Shown piece by piece: positions 24,965 to 38,800 of a stretch of DNA of 64,000 nt. This stretch comes from Chrysomallon squamiferum. Lineage: Eukaryota > Animalia > Mollusca. Numbering within the stretch: the first letter of the stretch is position 1; the number at the start of each line of letters is the position of its first letter. The notes below the pieces were generated by a model that searched no databases, was not told where the DNA came from, and saw nothing but the letters and a program-made list of their open reading frames with translations. The DNA is taken from the NCBI GenBank assembly GCA_012295275.1, contig CM022671.1:16740001-16804000 (forward strand), given 5' to 3'. The translations under genes and the position numbers were made by a program.

Positions 24965-27900
24965 CACGCACACACACAGACATACTCACACCGACACACA
25001 CATACACACATACACACACACACACGTAAGGAAACTTTATATCTTGAGGTAAATAACTTTCATTAGCAGATGTCATATCTTTAAAAATTTCTCATTATGA
25101 AATTGGAAATTATAGCCTCCTCAACTGAAAAATTCTAAATATTGTTATTCTTTTGATACTAGAAGTATTATTACACTTAAGCAGTAGTTGTAGAAATATT
25201 GGGTAGTGTTAAGCTTTATGATATTTAACTTTGTAAATAATATAGTTCAGATTTAATTTTGTTTAGATATTTAGCAAAACTCTCTGTGTTGGTATAATAC
25301 ATGTATAAGAGGTAAAATTGTCGTAAATATTTTTGAATATATTATTCATTTCTGTTTAGCAGGGAACTTTAAAAACAAATGTAACAATATATACAATATT
25401 CAGTAAAATTGTCACACACATCACACATAAACACACACACACACACACGCACACACACAGATTTAAATTTATTTTTTTATAATTATTTCTACATAGAATA
25501 AATAACAGAGTATTTTTATAGTATTCTAAATATTTAGAATGTAACTGTATGCATGCAGGAACATTTAAACAGGTAAGAGCTTAAAAATATGTAAGTATGT
25601 ATGTTTACAGACACGTGCACACACACACACACACACACACACAAACATACATCAATGTTTGAATGTTTAGTTTTAGTGAGAGTGTACGTGTCATACAGTT
25701 TATTAATTTTTTTAGATCTGTTGCTGGCAGCAGACCCCGACCTCCTTTACCCCAGAAGCCTCCAGTTGCTAAGAAACCTAATATAATCTCAGGTGCTTTG
25801 AGTTCTTTATTTCACCCAAACACAGTTTTTTGCGGCAAATTTTGAGTGTGTAAATAACTAAATATATTAATTATGTGTTGATTTTGCCATATAAGGCGTA
25901 ACATAACTAATACTGATTATGTTTTGTTAAATATATCTTTTTCTTTGTTAATAAATTGTTTTGGTTTGTCTGTAATAGGCCTAACCTCTGAAATTATATT
26001 AAATGTTTGACTAAATATACCTTTTTGCTTACAAATATATTATCTAGGTTCTTTTTTTATAATTTTATAACTTATGAAATTCAGATTACTATTTACTAAA
26101 TTTTCCCTTTTTCTTTGTAAATATATTAATTATAATTATTTATTTATTTATTTATGTGTAAATCATAGCTTATGAAATGTAGATTATGTTTTATTAAATA
26201 TTAAAAAGTGAAAAAACAAAACAAAAATATTTTATATAAATATATATATATAAAAAGAATATTTAATTATCTACAAATATTTAAATAGAAGTAGTAAGCT
26301 TTAATGCTTATAGCTTTGAGTGTAATTGTTACTGATTTTGCTTTTGACATTTTAATGCAGCCATTCTCAACAGGGGCTACATTTCCCCATGGGAAATTTG
26401 ACATATTTGAAGGGGGTACAGAAGCAAATTAGAAGGGGATTCTGTTTCTCTGTTTATATTTTAGCTTTGTTTGACGGGGGCCCTTGACGCTGAGAAAAGA
26501 TGCTAAAACAGTTGAAAATGGCTGCTTTTATAGCTCTCTTGATAATTTAAAAAATTAATGTAATGCTTTCTGTGTTTTTGTTTTTTATGGGTTTTTTTTT
26601 TTAATGTGTGTGCATGATTAGTGTTTAATCTTTTCTAGGATCCCAATGTTTGTCAAAAACTCCAGCCTCTTGCACTGATCACAAAAGCACTAGCACTCAC
26701 AGTAGAGAATTTGTCCACAAACATTTATCCAGCAGTTCTCCATCTTTACCAAACTCAGAAGTTAATGAAAGCTCTTTGAGTAACAACAGATTAGAGGGGA
26801 ATAATTTGAGTAAATTTGTGAGTGTAAAAGACAGAACAAAAACACTTGGTTTGTATGCTGCAGGAAAGAGCTTTTTTTACATAGATCAGAATGTAGAGCA
26901 TGCATCTCCATCACAGGTTAATTCATCTACTAATGCATGTGATAAAAACAATGCATGTGGCCATGCAATAGTGTCAAAGAAGTCTAGAACTAAGTCAGGC
27001 AAATTCCGTTTACCACTGATAGGTTTTCCTAAAAATGTTGAGTCTGTTTCAGAAAATAATGTAAAATCAATGAAATCAAAGTGGTACACAGAGTTTGATT
27101 CTGATGACATTTCAAAAACTGATAAAGAAATGACTGCTCCAAATAAGGAAAACATTATCATTACTAAAAATAGTACTGGTGATACTGATGAGACACAGGT
27201 TCAGAGTTCTGGTATAGAAAGCAGTGAAAATATTGAAGCAAAACCTAATTTTTCAGAAACTTCAAATAAAACAGAAACCCCCAGACCTCCTATCCCCAAG
27301 CCTAGTTCTAGAAAAGTTTCACATGATCCAGAACTTTCTCCAACGTCTACACCAATGCCATCCAATAAAGTACCTCCACCACCAGTGCCAAGAAAACGAA
27401 GAAGTATTTTACCCAAGACGTCAAATGATGATAGTAACATATCATCTGAGCCACCAGAAAAGGAATGTCAGCCTGAAAATAAAGCATCAAAAGATTCTGA
27501 AGACCCCAAAAATTCACCTGTCTGTGAAACTAAGGATGGGAACAAGGATAAAAAAGAAAGTCCAAATGCATGTCTTCCAGAGAATGTTGAGAATGATAAA
27601 CAGTCGAGCAATTCTGCAAATTTAGATAAATCAAACAATTTGTCTGACACTGGCAGAGTTAATGCAAATCTAGTGCCAAGGAAAAGAAGGAGTGTTTTAC
27701 CCAAGTTAACAAGTGATGATGTTAAACAGTCACCAGATTCTGCGGATGAGGTTGATCTAGTAGATAAGACATCAAGTCACAGTCAACAGGACAAAAACAT
27801 GCCTGAAAGTGAAAATACAGATGGGAACAAAGAGAATCCAATCAAATGTTTGCCAGAAGTTGCAGAATGTGTTAAACAGTCAAACAAATCCCTAAATCTA

Positions 27901-30900
27901 GAAAAGCCAGATATTACTTCAGAGGATGGGAATGTAAATCTGGCTGATGATTCCAAAAAAGGATTTAACACTGACCATTCTTCTAATCAACAAGATAATG
28001 ACAAAAATTCTGACATAGTTAACATGTCAAGACCAACTGGTATACCTCCACCTGTACCTCAGAAGACAAAGAGAAAGCCTGCAAAACAAAAACCAGTTGA
28101 TTCTGGCAAATCAAAGCCAACACATGAAAACAATGATTCAAAAGATGTGTCTTCTTCCATTGTGACAAAAGAAACACATGAAAAACATGGCACAAATGAA
28201 TACCATCCTAATACAGAATCTGAGACCAGTACTGGACATAATGACACAAAAATAAAAACAGACACAGGAACAAATGATAAATGTCTGGTTGACTCAGTTA
28301 AGTTGGAAGAAAGCAACAAGTCTGAGGACACTAACAAAGAGAAACAAATGGACCTAACAGCATTAAAAACTGACAGTCATAAAGTAAATCTGACTGACTC
28401 AGTTACTTTTGCTGAAAAACAAGCACAGAACAGTAAAATGTCACCACAGATTAACACAGATGTACAGGATAATAATTTCCAAAGTGCTGGTAATGATTCT
28501 TTTAGCCACTCAGATTCAGTTAAATTGTGTGAATCTTTTCCACAACCTGATTCAGTTGCTCAAATACCAGAGACCTGTGATATGCTAAAGGAGATTGAAG
28601 ACTTGCTTAATCAAAAACTGAGAGATGTTGGACTATTTTCAGATAACATTTTAAAAGATTCATCTGATGATGTCTCTAATGATTGTGAAAAGTCAGCTTG
28701 GTCAAGTCGACCTAAATCTGAGAGTTTTTCCAGTGCCTTGCCATCGAGACCACCTAGACCTAAACGGGATGCTTCTAAAAAGATGAAAAAGGTCAGCAGC
28801 TTGGATCTTCAGGATTCCCAGCATTCTGATGCAAGTTCTTGTGATTCAGCCAGTGAATCTCAAAAAAAGATATGTCCACCTAAACCAAAAAGAACATTAC
28901 CTCCTCGTGTGAACCGTAGTCAGTCTGATGTGTCTGGAATGAAGTCACTGATTGTACAGTTAGAAAACAGTTTTGATGGTTCAAGACCTGCTGTTCCACC
29001 TAGGAATGAATCGCAGACATTTGAAGAACCTCCACCATTACCACCAAGAAACAGCTTCAGATGTAATTCCCTTGACTTGTCAAGTAAAAGGCCAATTTCA
29101 CTTCCTGAAGACTTCAAAAATGATGCAACCAAAACTGCTCCTTTTGCAAAACCACCAAGAAATGTGAGAAGACCAAGCAGAAAGGCACCACCTCCGCCAT
29201 CTCACCCTCCAGGTCAGACATCTGATGTGACAGTCACTCCTGGTAAACTTTCAGCTTCAGTATGTACAACTGATAAAGGTTTGGAATCTGAAAAACGTGA
29301 ATCTTACAGAAAGGATGGATCAGTCACTGAGGATCACGAGTACCATGAAATACCAGACTCTGCAAATAAAAAAGATGAAGAACCAACAGCTCCAGTGAAA
29401 GAAATCACACCACCTCCAGAACTTCCTCCAAGAAGTGTAAATATGAAAAGTGCCTCACAGACAATTACATCTAATGGAAGTGATTCTGGTTCCATCAGAT
29501 CTGCGAGTAATTCTAAACTGGAAAGTGATGATTCATCCTCAGTTTGCAGTAGCCAGAGTTCAGTATCTCCAGTTAAACCAGTAGATTCAGCTAAACCTGT
29601 TGATACCTCGGCCTCTGAATCCCCCTCGTTGTCTGTGAGGGCAAACCGACCGAGCAGCGTGAGCAGCACCAACTCAGAATGTGGCTCATGCGAGAACGTC
29701 AGCCGCATGAACGACCTCAGCAGTGCTTCTGACGATGACGATGAAGATAAACAGGTTTGTTATCTTTTTATTTGTATTTTATATTTTATTTATTTATTTA
29801 TTCATTTATTAAATTTTTAATTTATTTATTGTTTAGTTTTTATTTATTTATTTATTTATTGTCTTCATTAAAAAAATGTATTTATGTAGTTTTTTATTTA
29901 TTGATTGTCTTCATAAATGTTTTTACTTTATTAGATTTTAATAAATTAATTAATGATTACATTATTAATTTTATGGAATTACATACATTTAAAATCAATT
30001 CATGTTAATATTTGATTTAAAGATATAGACAGACTGAAGAATATTTCTTTCCTTGATGATTATAATTCTGATTGATATCAATTTTTAAAAAAATGTTTTA
30101 CATTTGAGAAAAAAAATGATGTTATTTTTGAGATTCTTCAGATCAAAATAATAATATAATTATTATTAATATCTGATTATTTGAAGGTTAATAAGAAAGC
30201 CAAGAAGACAAAGTACATTGCTAAAGAAATCATGGAGTCTGAAGCTGTGTTTGTTGATGTTTTGAAATTGCTCAATATTGTAAGTTCATTAAAATCATTG
30301 TACAGAATGTTCTTGGTTTTATACGTTACACAGTTTTAATAAAAAAAAAGAAAGAAAAAGAAAGCACATATTTCATACACTAGTGCAATAATTACATAGG
30401 TAATATCAGGTAAAACAGATCCAGCATAATCAGTGTGTGTGTGTGTGTGTGCTTGTGCTTGTCTGTGTACACCAGTATATATTCAGACACAAAATATTAT
30501 GTAAAATACTACGTACATAAATTAAATCATTATTTGTATATTTTATTATGAAGCATGACAATACTGTTAAAACTATTTAAAAAAACGTATATATGTGTTT
30601 GTGTATATTTGGATATCTTAAAATATGTCTTTGATGAATATTATAGGATTTTCGGGTTGCTGTATCCAAAGAAATTGAGAATATTGACCGACCTGTGATA
30701 CCCAGTGAAACCTTGAACAAAATCCTGGATTACTTGCCACAGTTACAGAGTATCAACGAAGATTTACTCAAAGATATTAAAGATAGATTAGAACACTGGT
30801 GAGAAAGTTGCTAAACTCCAGCTTGAAGCCTAAAATTAATGAGTCTCTTTGTATATAAAAAAAAAAATGTTCATATTTAGTTGCCTTTTCTAAGAGAAAG

Positions 30901-32816
30901 ACAGAAAGAATTAGTAGGCAGAAAGGAAATTGAAATGATGATTAAAGTTTTTCAAAAAATTACCCTGAAATTATTTACCAGTTACCCATATAAAATCTGT
31001 TTAAAAAAATCCAACAAACCCCCCCCACACAAAAATAACACACATCCTATCACATTATAAATAGTCTTAATCTGTCTTCACTTTTCACTCAAAACAAGAA
31101 TTTGAACTGTCCACTATTCTGGTTTTTCTCTTTTTTTTTCTTGTATGTCACATATGTACAAGAGTTAAAAAAAAAAAAAAAGGCTCATATCATCTTTTGC
31201 TTAATTTTTAGGGATGAATGTCCAAAAATTGCCGATGTTTTTGTGAAGAAAGGACCATTTCTTAAGCTGTATTCATCCTACATTCGTAACTTTGAAAATG
31301 CCACAACTCTGCTGGATGAATCGTGCAAGAAGTATGCATCATTTGCAGCCTGTGTTAAAGAGTTTGAGGTAAAAAGTTGAAAAATCTGAGTTACATTTTG
31401 GATATTCCCTTGATTTAACTAACTGAATAGAAATGTTTATGCATATCTGATAGTTAGAGACAAATTTTATTTGGTGGAAACAATAATTGATATTGTGTGG
31501 CCTATAGTTTTGTCTTTGTTCTGGTAAAACCTATTAATAGATGTTATTGCTTCTTTTTTTTCTTTTTTTAACAAGAGTTCTTTTATTTATTAATTTATTA
31601 ATGTAAAGGCTACAAGCTATTTAAACTATTTTTAAGTGAAATGTTTGATTTTTTTGTACTCATTGTTGTTGTTTTTTAAGTGATGCAGTGAAGTTCCTCA
31701 GTCTTGTTTTATAACAGTGACAATAAAAAAAAAAGTGACTTACACGATTTTTGATTTTTTAATAATTAAATTGACATTTTTGTGTTCACTTCTGCAGAGG
31801 AGCCCTCGATGTGCAAATCTAGCCTTGAAACACTACATGTTAAAACCCATTCAGAGAATACCACAGTACAGACTGCTGTTACAGGGTAGGCACATCATTA
31901 CAAAATATTCATATTATTTACTAAACTATTTCTTACTGAATTTGTTTAGCAGTTTTCTCTTTCAGTTTCTGTTTCTGTTTCTTTTTATTTAAATTTCATT
32001 TAAAGCTAGTTAATTGTACTGATTTATAGACAGCTTTGAAAATATAGATATGAAAAAGTCATCAGTAAAAAATAATTATGAAAAATAATGTTTCAGAGAT
32101 TAATATGAATATTTTCAGTATAAAATGAGAAAGGCAGCACAAAAAATTAAATTATGAAAAAATTTGTTTCAAAGATAAATGTGAATACTTTCAATATAAA
32201 ATACAAAAGGCAACATTTAAAAAAAAAATTGTAGTAATGAGAGATAATTTGTTTCAGAGATGGATGTGACTATTTTTTATAATTTATTGAAAAATTATTT
32301 CTGACATTTCAGATTATAAGAAGAACCTATCTGAAGATTCACCTGACTATAACAACACTATAAGTATGTTTTATTTATCAACATTTTATTTAAAAAAAAT
32401 TTCATTATCTTTATTCAAAATAAGTCACAAAATGAACACTTTAAAAAGATCAGCAGAATGATATTGTATAAACAAAACAACAAAAACAGTTATTTATATT
32501 TGATAAAAGAATATTAGAAGACAAGTACAGAACATTGTTAATTTTATGGTAAAAATTATGTATAAATTGCTAAATACAGGAAGAATTTTAACTGGAACAC
32601 ATTTTCCCACATACCCACAGTCACAGCATTAATTTAAATAAACGGTTAAATTTGTGTGTGTGCACGTATCTATTGTATATATAGAAGATTGAATTTCAAA
32701 TTTATAAACATTCATTATTATTATTATTATTATTTTTGATTATAGATCATTATTTACATATTGATTTATTAAATATTTTTGATTATTGACCAGTAGTGAT
32801 TATTATTTTTATTCAT

Positions 32817-32848
<32 letters not shown>

Positions 32849-35800
32849 ATCAAATTCTTTTTTCTTTTTTTTTTTTTACATCAAAACAGTTCCACAATCA
32901 TTTATCTCTTGCACAGTGTTTGCATTTAAATAGGTGATTTTATTTTATTTTATTTTATTATTATATTTTTAAAAATCATTTTATTTAAATTTTTGCAGCT
33001 GCTCTGAACATTGTGAGCGAGGTAGCTGACCATGCAAATGAAAGTATGAGACATGGAGTAAGTTATTATTTTAACTGTAATCATTCCTGAAAGAATAAAT
33101 AAACCGGGGAATTCTTAATCAGTAGATTTTAATACAAAAATATTCTGTATTGAAATCTTAAAAGATCATAGTCACCTTATTTGATTAAAGGAATTCTATA
33201 GCTTTCATTTGAAATACAAGGTGTTAAAATATTCAGTATTTGATTAACCGGATTCTGTAGCTTAGATTTGAAATGCAAGATATCAAAAATATTCAGTATT
33301 GAAAGGTTATAGTCAACTTATTTGATTAAAGGGATTCTATAGCTTAGTTTTGAAATGCAAGATGTTAAAATATTCAGGGTTTGATTAAAGGGATTACACA
33401 GCTTAGAATTAACATACAAGATGTTAAAATATTTAGTATTTGACTAAAGGGATTCTATAGTTTAAATCTAAGAAATATAAGATTTTCAGGATTTTATTAA
33501 AGGAATTCTATAGCTTAGTTTTGAAATGCAAAATGCTAAAATATTCGGTATTAAAATGTTTATTTGATTAAAGGGATTCTGTACCTTAGATTTGAAATAC
33601 AAGATGTTAAAATATTTGGTATTAAAATATTTATATAGAATAAAGGAATTCTATAGCTTAGATCTGAAATAGAAAATGATAAAATATTCAGTATTAAAAG
33701 GTTATAGTCAACTTATTTGATTAAAGGAACACTGTGGCCATGACACAAAATGTAATGTTTTATTATGCAGTCGACTGTGAGAAAATAAATATTTATTAAT
33801 ATCTTAGTTTTATACAGCTAATCATCAAAGTTAGATTCATTCAGATGAAGCAAGTTGGCAATTCTACGTATTAGTGTGGCTGACATAATTTATGTATCTG
33901 TTACTATAAAGAAAATGATTCTTTGTAGGATGAAGTTCAAGAGATGATGGAGATACAGCATTCTTTGATTGGTCAGTTTGAAGTCATTCAACCAGGAAGG
34001 GTAGGTTTTCAGTTAATTAATTTAAATTCAGTACAAAAATTTTAAAAGTAGATTTTCACTTAAACCTGTTAAAGGCTTTTTATAAATTATAATAATAATA
34101 ATAAAAAAAAACATGAAAGGAAATATTTTAATTAAATGTTTTTTTTTTTATTAATATCAATTTTATTTATAATATATTAGATATTTAATTTGAAATTATT
34201 TTTATTTTTATTTTATTATTTTTTTATTTTTTTTTATTTAATCTGATAAAGGTTGAGAATTTATATTTTGTGATATTCTTTATGTAATAAAAAAAAAAAA
34301 TTTAAAAAAAAATTATTTTGTGCTTTCTGTCAACTTGAAACTCAAAGACTAAGAGTTATTTTCTCCATAGTTTTATTATGTTGTTATTATATTTAGCTGT
34401 TTATCTCTCATAATTTCAGTCTTTGATCAAAAAAGGAGAACTGATGAAACTATCCAGAAAGGAGAAACAACCCAGGATGTTTTTCTTGGTAAATAACACC
34501 TGAAAAATCTTTAATGGCAAAGTTGTTTGAAGTCTGTCATGTATGTCAGGAAATACTCTAATTGTACTGAAGTTTTAATAACATAACTAAAATAACTGAG
34601 GCTTTTAAATTATGGCCAAAGACAATTAAATGTTTTAGAAGATTTTTCTATTTCTTTATTTTTGATAAAAAAATTTAAAAAAAAAAAATAAAAAGCTATG
34701 TCATGAGAAAAACATAAATACATTTGTGATTTCAAAATTAGTGGTTGATTTTTAATAATTTATTTTATAATGGTTATTTGTTTTAAATATATATATATAT
34801 ATCATTATAAGGAGAAATAATAAATTCTAAACTGAGTTGTTATTATTTGTGATAATCAAGTATAAAACAGTATTTCTCATTCTGCATGTAGTTCACTGAT
34901 GTGTTGTTGTACACTACACCAACAGCCACTGGATACAGACTGAACAACATTCTCCCATTGATAGGCATGAAAGTGTCGTCAGTAAGTGAATTTTCACTTT
35001 TTTATTTTCAGTTCTGTAATATTTTTAATTAAGTTAATTTATAAGGTTTACCTAAAGGATATTCTAAAATAATGAAATGCTGAAATGTGTTCCCAAACAG
35101 TATTCTACCAGTGATAAGGCATATAAGTGTCTTCAGCAAGTAACACTTCACTTTTCTTTACAGTTCTGAAATATTTTTAAATGTCTTCAAATATTGAATT
35201 GCTGAAGTGTGTACCCAAACAATATTCTGCCTTTGAAAAAGTGTCTTCATTAAGCAACTCTTCAGTTTTCTTTTCAGTTCTGAAATATTTTTAAATAAGC
35301 TAATTTATTACAAAAAAATAAACTGTGGCAAAAAGAATTCAATAATTTCAAAATAAAAATATTTGCCTTTTGTTTTGTTATGGAAAATCATATATTATTT
35401 TGTTTGTCTTTCACAAATAACTATAGACAAGCCAACAGCAGATGAATATGGAAATGAGTTCAGCATTCTCATTTATCGGTTCAGAGATCATTCAATTAAA
35501 AGCTTTTGACAAATAAATATACACACAAAAGAAACAACTGGCACATTGACTTTTTGATTTTTCAATATGTTGTAATATAATGGAAAAAAAAAAAAAAAAA
35601 ACTCAAAAATAGAAAGAAAAAAAAATCCCAGTATTTGTTTTTTAAAAAAAATAGTATTTTTTGTTTTCCTAGTACTGACAAACCAAGAGATTTTGAGTTC
35701 ATTCTCAGAATATTAACAGGTTACAAAACACACACAGAAGAAACAATTTTTTTTTGACTTTTTTTTCATCAATATTTGGAAGATCACAAATCCCATTGCT

Positions 35801-38800
35801 TGTTTTATAACAAGTTATAAATTTTCTATGAAATGTTAAAAACATGAATAAATCTTATGGATGTTATCAAATTTTTTTTTTTTTTTTTTTTTTTATATAT
35901 TTGGAAGATCACAAATATTGCTAATTTATTATTGAAGTCTATGAAATGTTAAAAACATTAATAAATCTAATGGATTAGTGGAATTCATTTTTTTTTTTTT
36001 TTTTTTTTTTTTAGCACTCCTAAAGAGAGGACTGAGTGGATGACAGCTTTAACAAATGCTATAAAAAAGATGACAGAGAGACGAGACACATTTCACTCAA
36101 AGGAAAAAGGAGCCCAGGTAAAATATCTACAACTAGAGACAAATTAATTTGAATTGAAAATATATGTGTGTGTGTGTATATGTGTGTGTGAGTGTGTTTG
36201 AAGTTTGTGATGTGTATGTGTGCATAAAAAAGAATGAAAGTATTAAAATATAACTATGTATTTGTTTTATTCATGTTTCTTTAATTATTTATTGTTTGTT
36301 TTTTCTTAAGTCACTTGTTTTCTTGAAGTTTACCAATTTTAATTATGTTAAGATAGATAAGTATGGCACTTTAAAAAAAAAAAAAAACGCCTAGATACAT
36401 ACACAGACACACACACAATGTTTACCACAAAAACATTTCTTTCATTATATTATTCTGTAAAAATTAATTTCTATATCTATATACATTTTTCTTTATTCAT
36501 TTTTCTTTTTTTCTTTTCTTTTATTTTTTTTTTTTTTTTTTTGCCATTTGTACATTTTTTTTTTTTGCCATTTATAAATTGCTTTTGTTTGCTTTTCAAA
36601 TTACTTTTTCCCTGTAATAGACTTTCTTGCTGGACAAGGATTTTGTCCTGGGTCATAAAGCCCCCTCTGGGTGCCTGACCGGAGGGTCACCATGTGCATG
36701 CTGTGTCTTGGTGAATTTACCATAACCTGGCGCAGACATCACTGCCGTGCATGTGGCAGGGTGAGTTGATAACGCTTTACACACATACATACCAAAACAA
36801 AATGTATTATAAATCAAAGTATTTAAATCTACATGTAGCAAAGGATAGTGTTCATAATGCTTTACACGTATGTTTTGTTTTTTTAAAGTATAGTAAATTG
36901 AAGTATCTGAATTTACATATAGCAGTCCATGTGTTTATAATGCTTTACACATGTTTAAAAAAAACCAGAAATATTATAAATTGAAGTATTTAAATCTACA
37001 TATAGCAGTGGATGTGTTCATAATGTTTTACACAAACTCATAAAAAAAAGGTATTATAACTTGAAATATTTAAATCTACATACCACAGTGGATGGGGTTC
37101 ATAATGCTTTACATTTATTCAGAGAAAAGTATTATAAGAATAAATTACCAATATCTACACATAGAAGCTGATCAGGTTGTTAAAAGTAAATATTTTTAAC
37201 ATTTTTATAATGTTTTTAATTCCATGCCTGACAGTTATCTATTTGTATGGCTTTTATATTATTTAAAAGTTCAGTATATTTAAGAAGGACAACAGCTCTA
37301 TCTAATTTCTGCTTTGAATTCCTAGCTTTTGTTATACATACATATATGTGTATATATATATATATATCAGTATTTATCTTTGCTTGTATTTGATGCTGTA
37401 TATTACATCATCTATATTTGTATTAAACATTAGTTTTTGTGTGCCTGCCAGTCTGTCTACCTATCTATATACTATATATTTATTTATTTATTTATAATCT
37501 TTACTGTAACATGCTTTAGTAAATGTATCATTCTTAAATCATATTTTCCTTTCCAAACTGAAATATGTATTTAAAAAAAAAAAAAAATTTAATGGTATAT
37601 TTTTCACCTGACACACATTTTAAAAAATTGCATTGTACAGATAGTATGTGGCTATTGTTCAGAAAACAAAGCACCTCTACGCTACTTGAAATATCGTCCT
37701 GATAGAGTCTGTGATGAGTGCTTTGAAAAGTTACAGAAAGGTATTTTTAATCTTTGATTTATTTACTAACAAACAATTCAGTTACACGATAACATTACAA
37801 TTATTTGTTTAGTTTAGGTTTATCACACTTGTATGATTCAAGATTCATGTGAATAAATCAGTGTATCGGTATTGCATCATGCAGATCTATATTTAGGTTA
37901 TTTCATTCATTAAAATTTATTAATTTTTTTATTATCATCTTAACGTGTTGCTTATAAGCAAAATCAGTTTTATTTTGCTGTTTTTGGAGGAAAAAAAAAA
38001 GAACAAATAATAAAACAAAAATCAGTCCAGGCTTATACAACATTGTCACTGAAAAATATTCTAAAATGTTCAAAATTTTCTTTACAAATTTGACGTGTTT
38101 CATTCAGAAATTGAAGACAAAGAAGGCTCTGGTGAAACTACTGAAGATGTTACCTTCAGTAGCCATGAAGGGGCCACTCCAGCTAAAGTTAGTCTAAGCA
38201 CAATAAAAGAACGTTTTCAGAAAATACGCTGGAGTGGCCGAGGTCGTAAGAAGTACGCACCGTCAAGAGCAGCAGTCTTAAAAGAGGTAGACATTTTTAT
38301 TTATTTGTCTGTGAGTACTGAACTGTTTTATATTTTGATGATTTTGGAAGTGGATTTTTTTTTTTTTTTTTTCTTCATTAAGCTTAGGTTTAAAAAAGAC
38401 ATAGACATTTTGTTTCTTTTGTATGTCAATGTGCACCTGTTTTATGTTTCGATGATTTTGGAAGTGAATGTTTTTATAAAACTTTTTTTTTTTTTTTTTT
38501 TTTTTTTTGTGAAGCTTAGGTTTAAAAAGAGGTAGACATTTTGGTTTATTTGTCTATCAGTATGGAACTATTTAATGTTCTGACAATTTTGGAAGTAGAC
38601 ATTTCATTTATTTAAAAAAAAAAAAGTAAAGTTTTCATTTAAAAAGAGGTAGACATTTTGGTTTATTTGTCTATGAGTATGGAACTATTTCATGTTTTGA
38701 TGATTTTGGACTGGCCTTTGATTTGATTTTTGATTTGAAAAAATTAAAAAGAGATTGTTAAAGATATTCATTGTAATATTTTAATATGTAAAATAAATGT

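Noticed and set aside
26886-29708. Multiple overlapping ORFs on both strands
   Set aside because: They are shadows of the large FGD exon.
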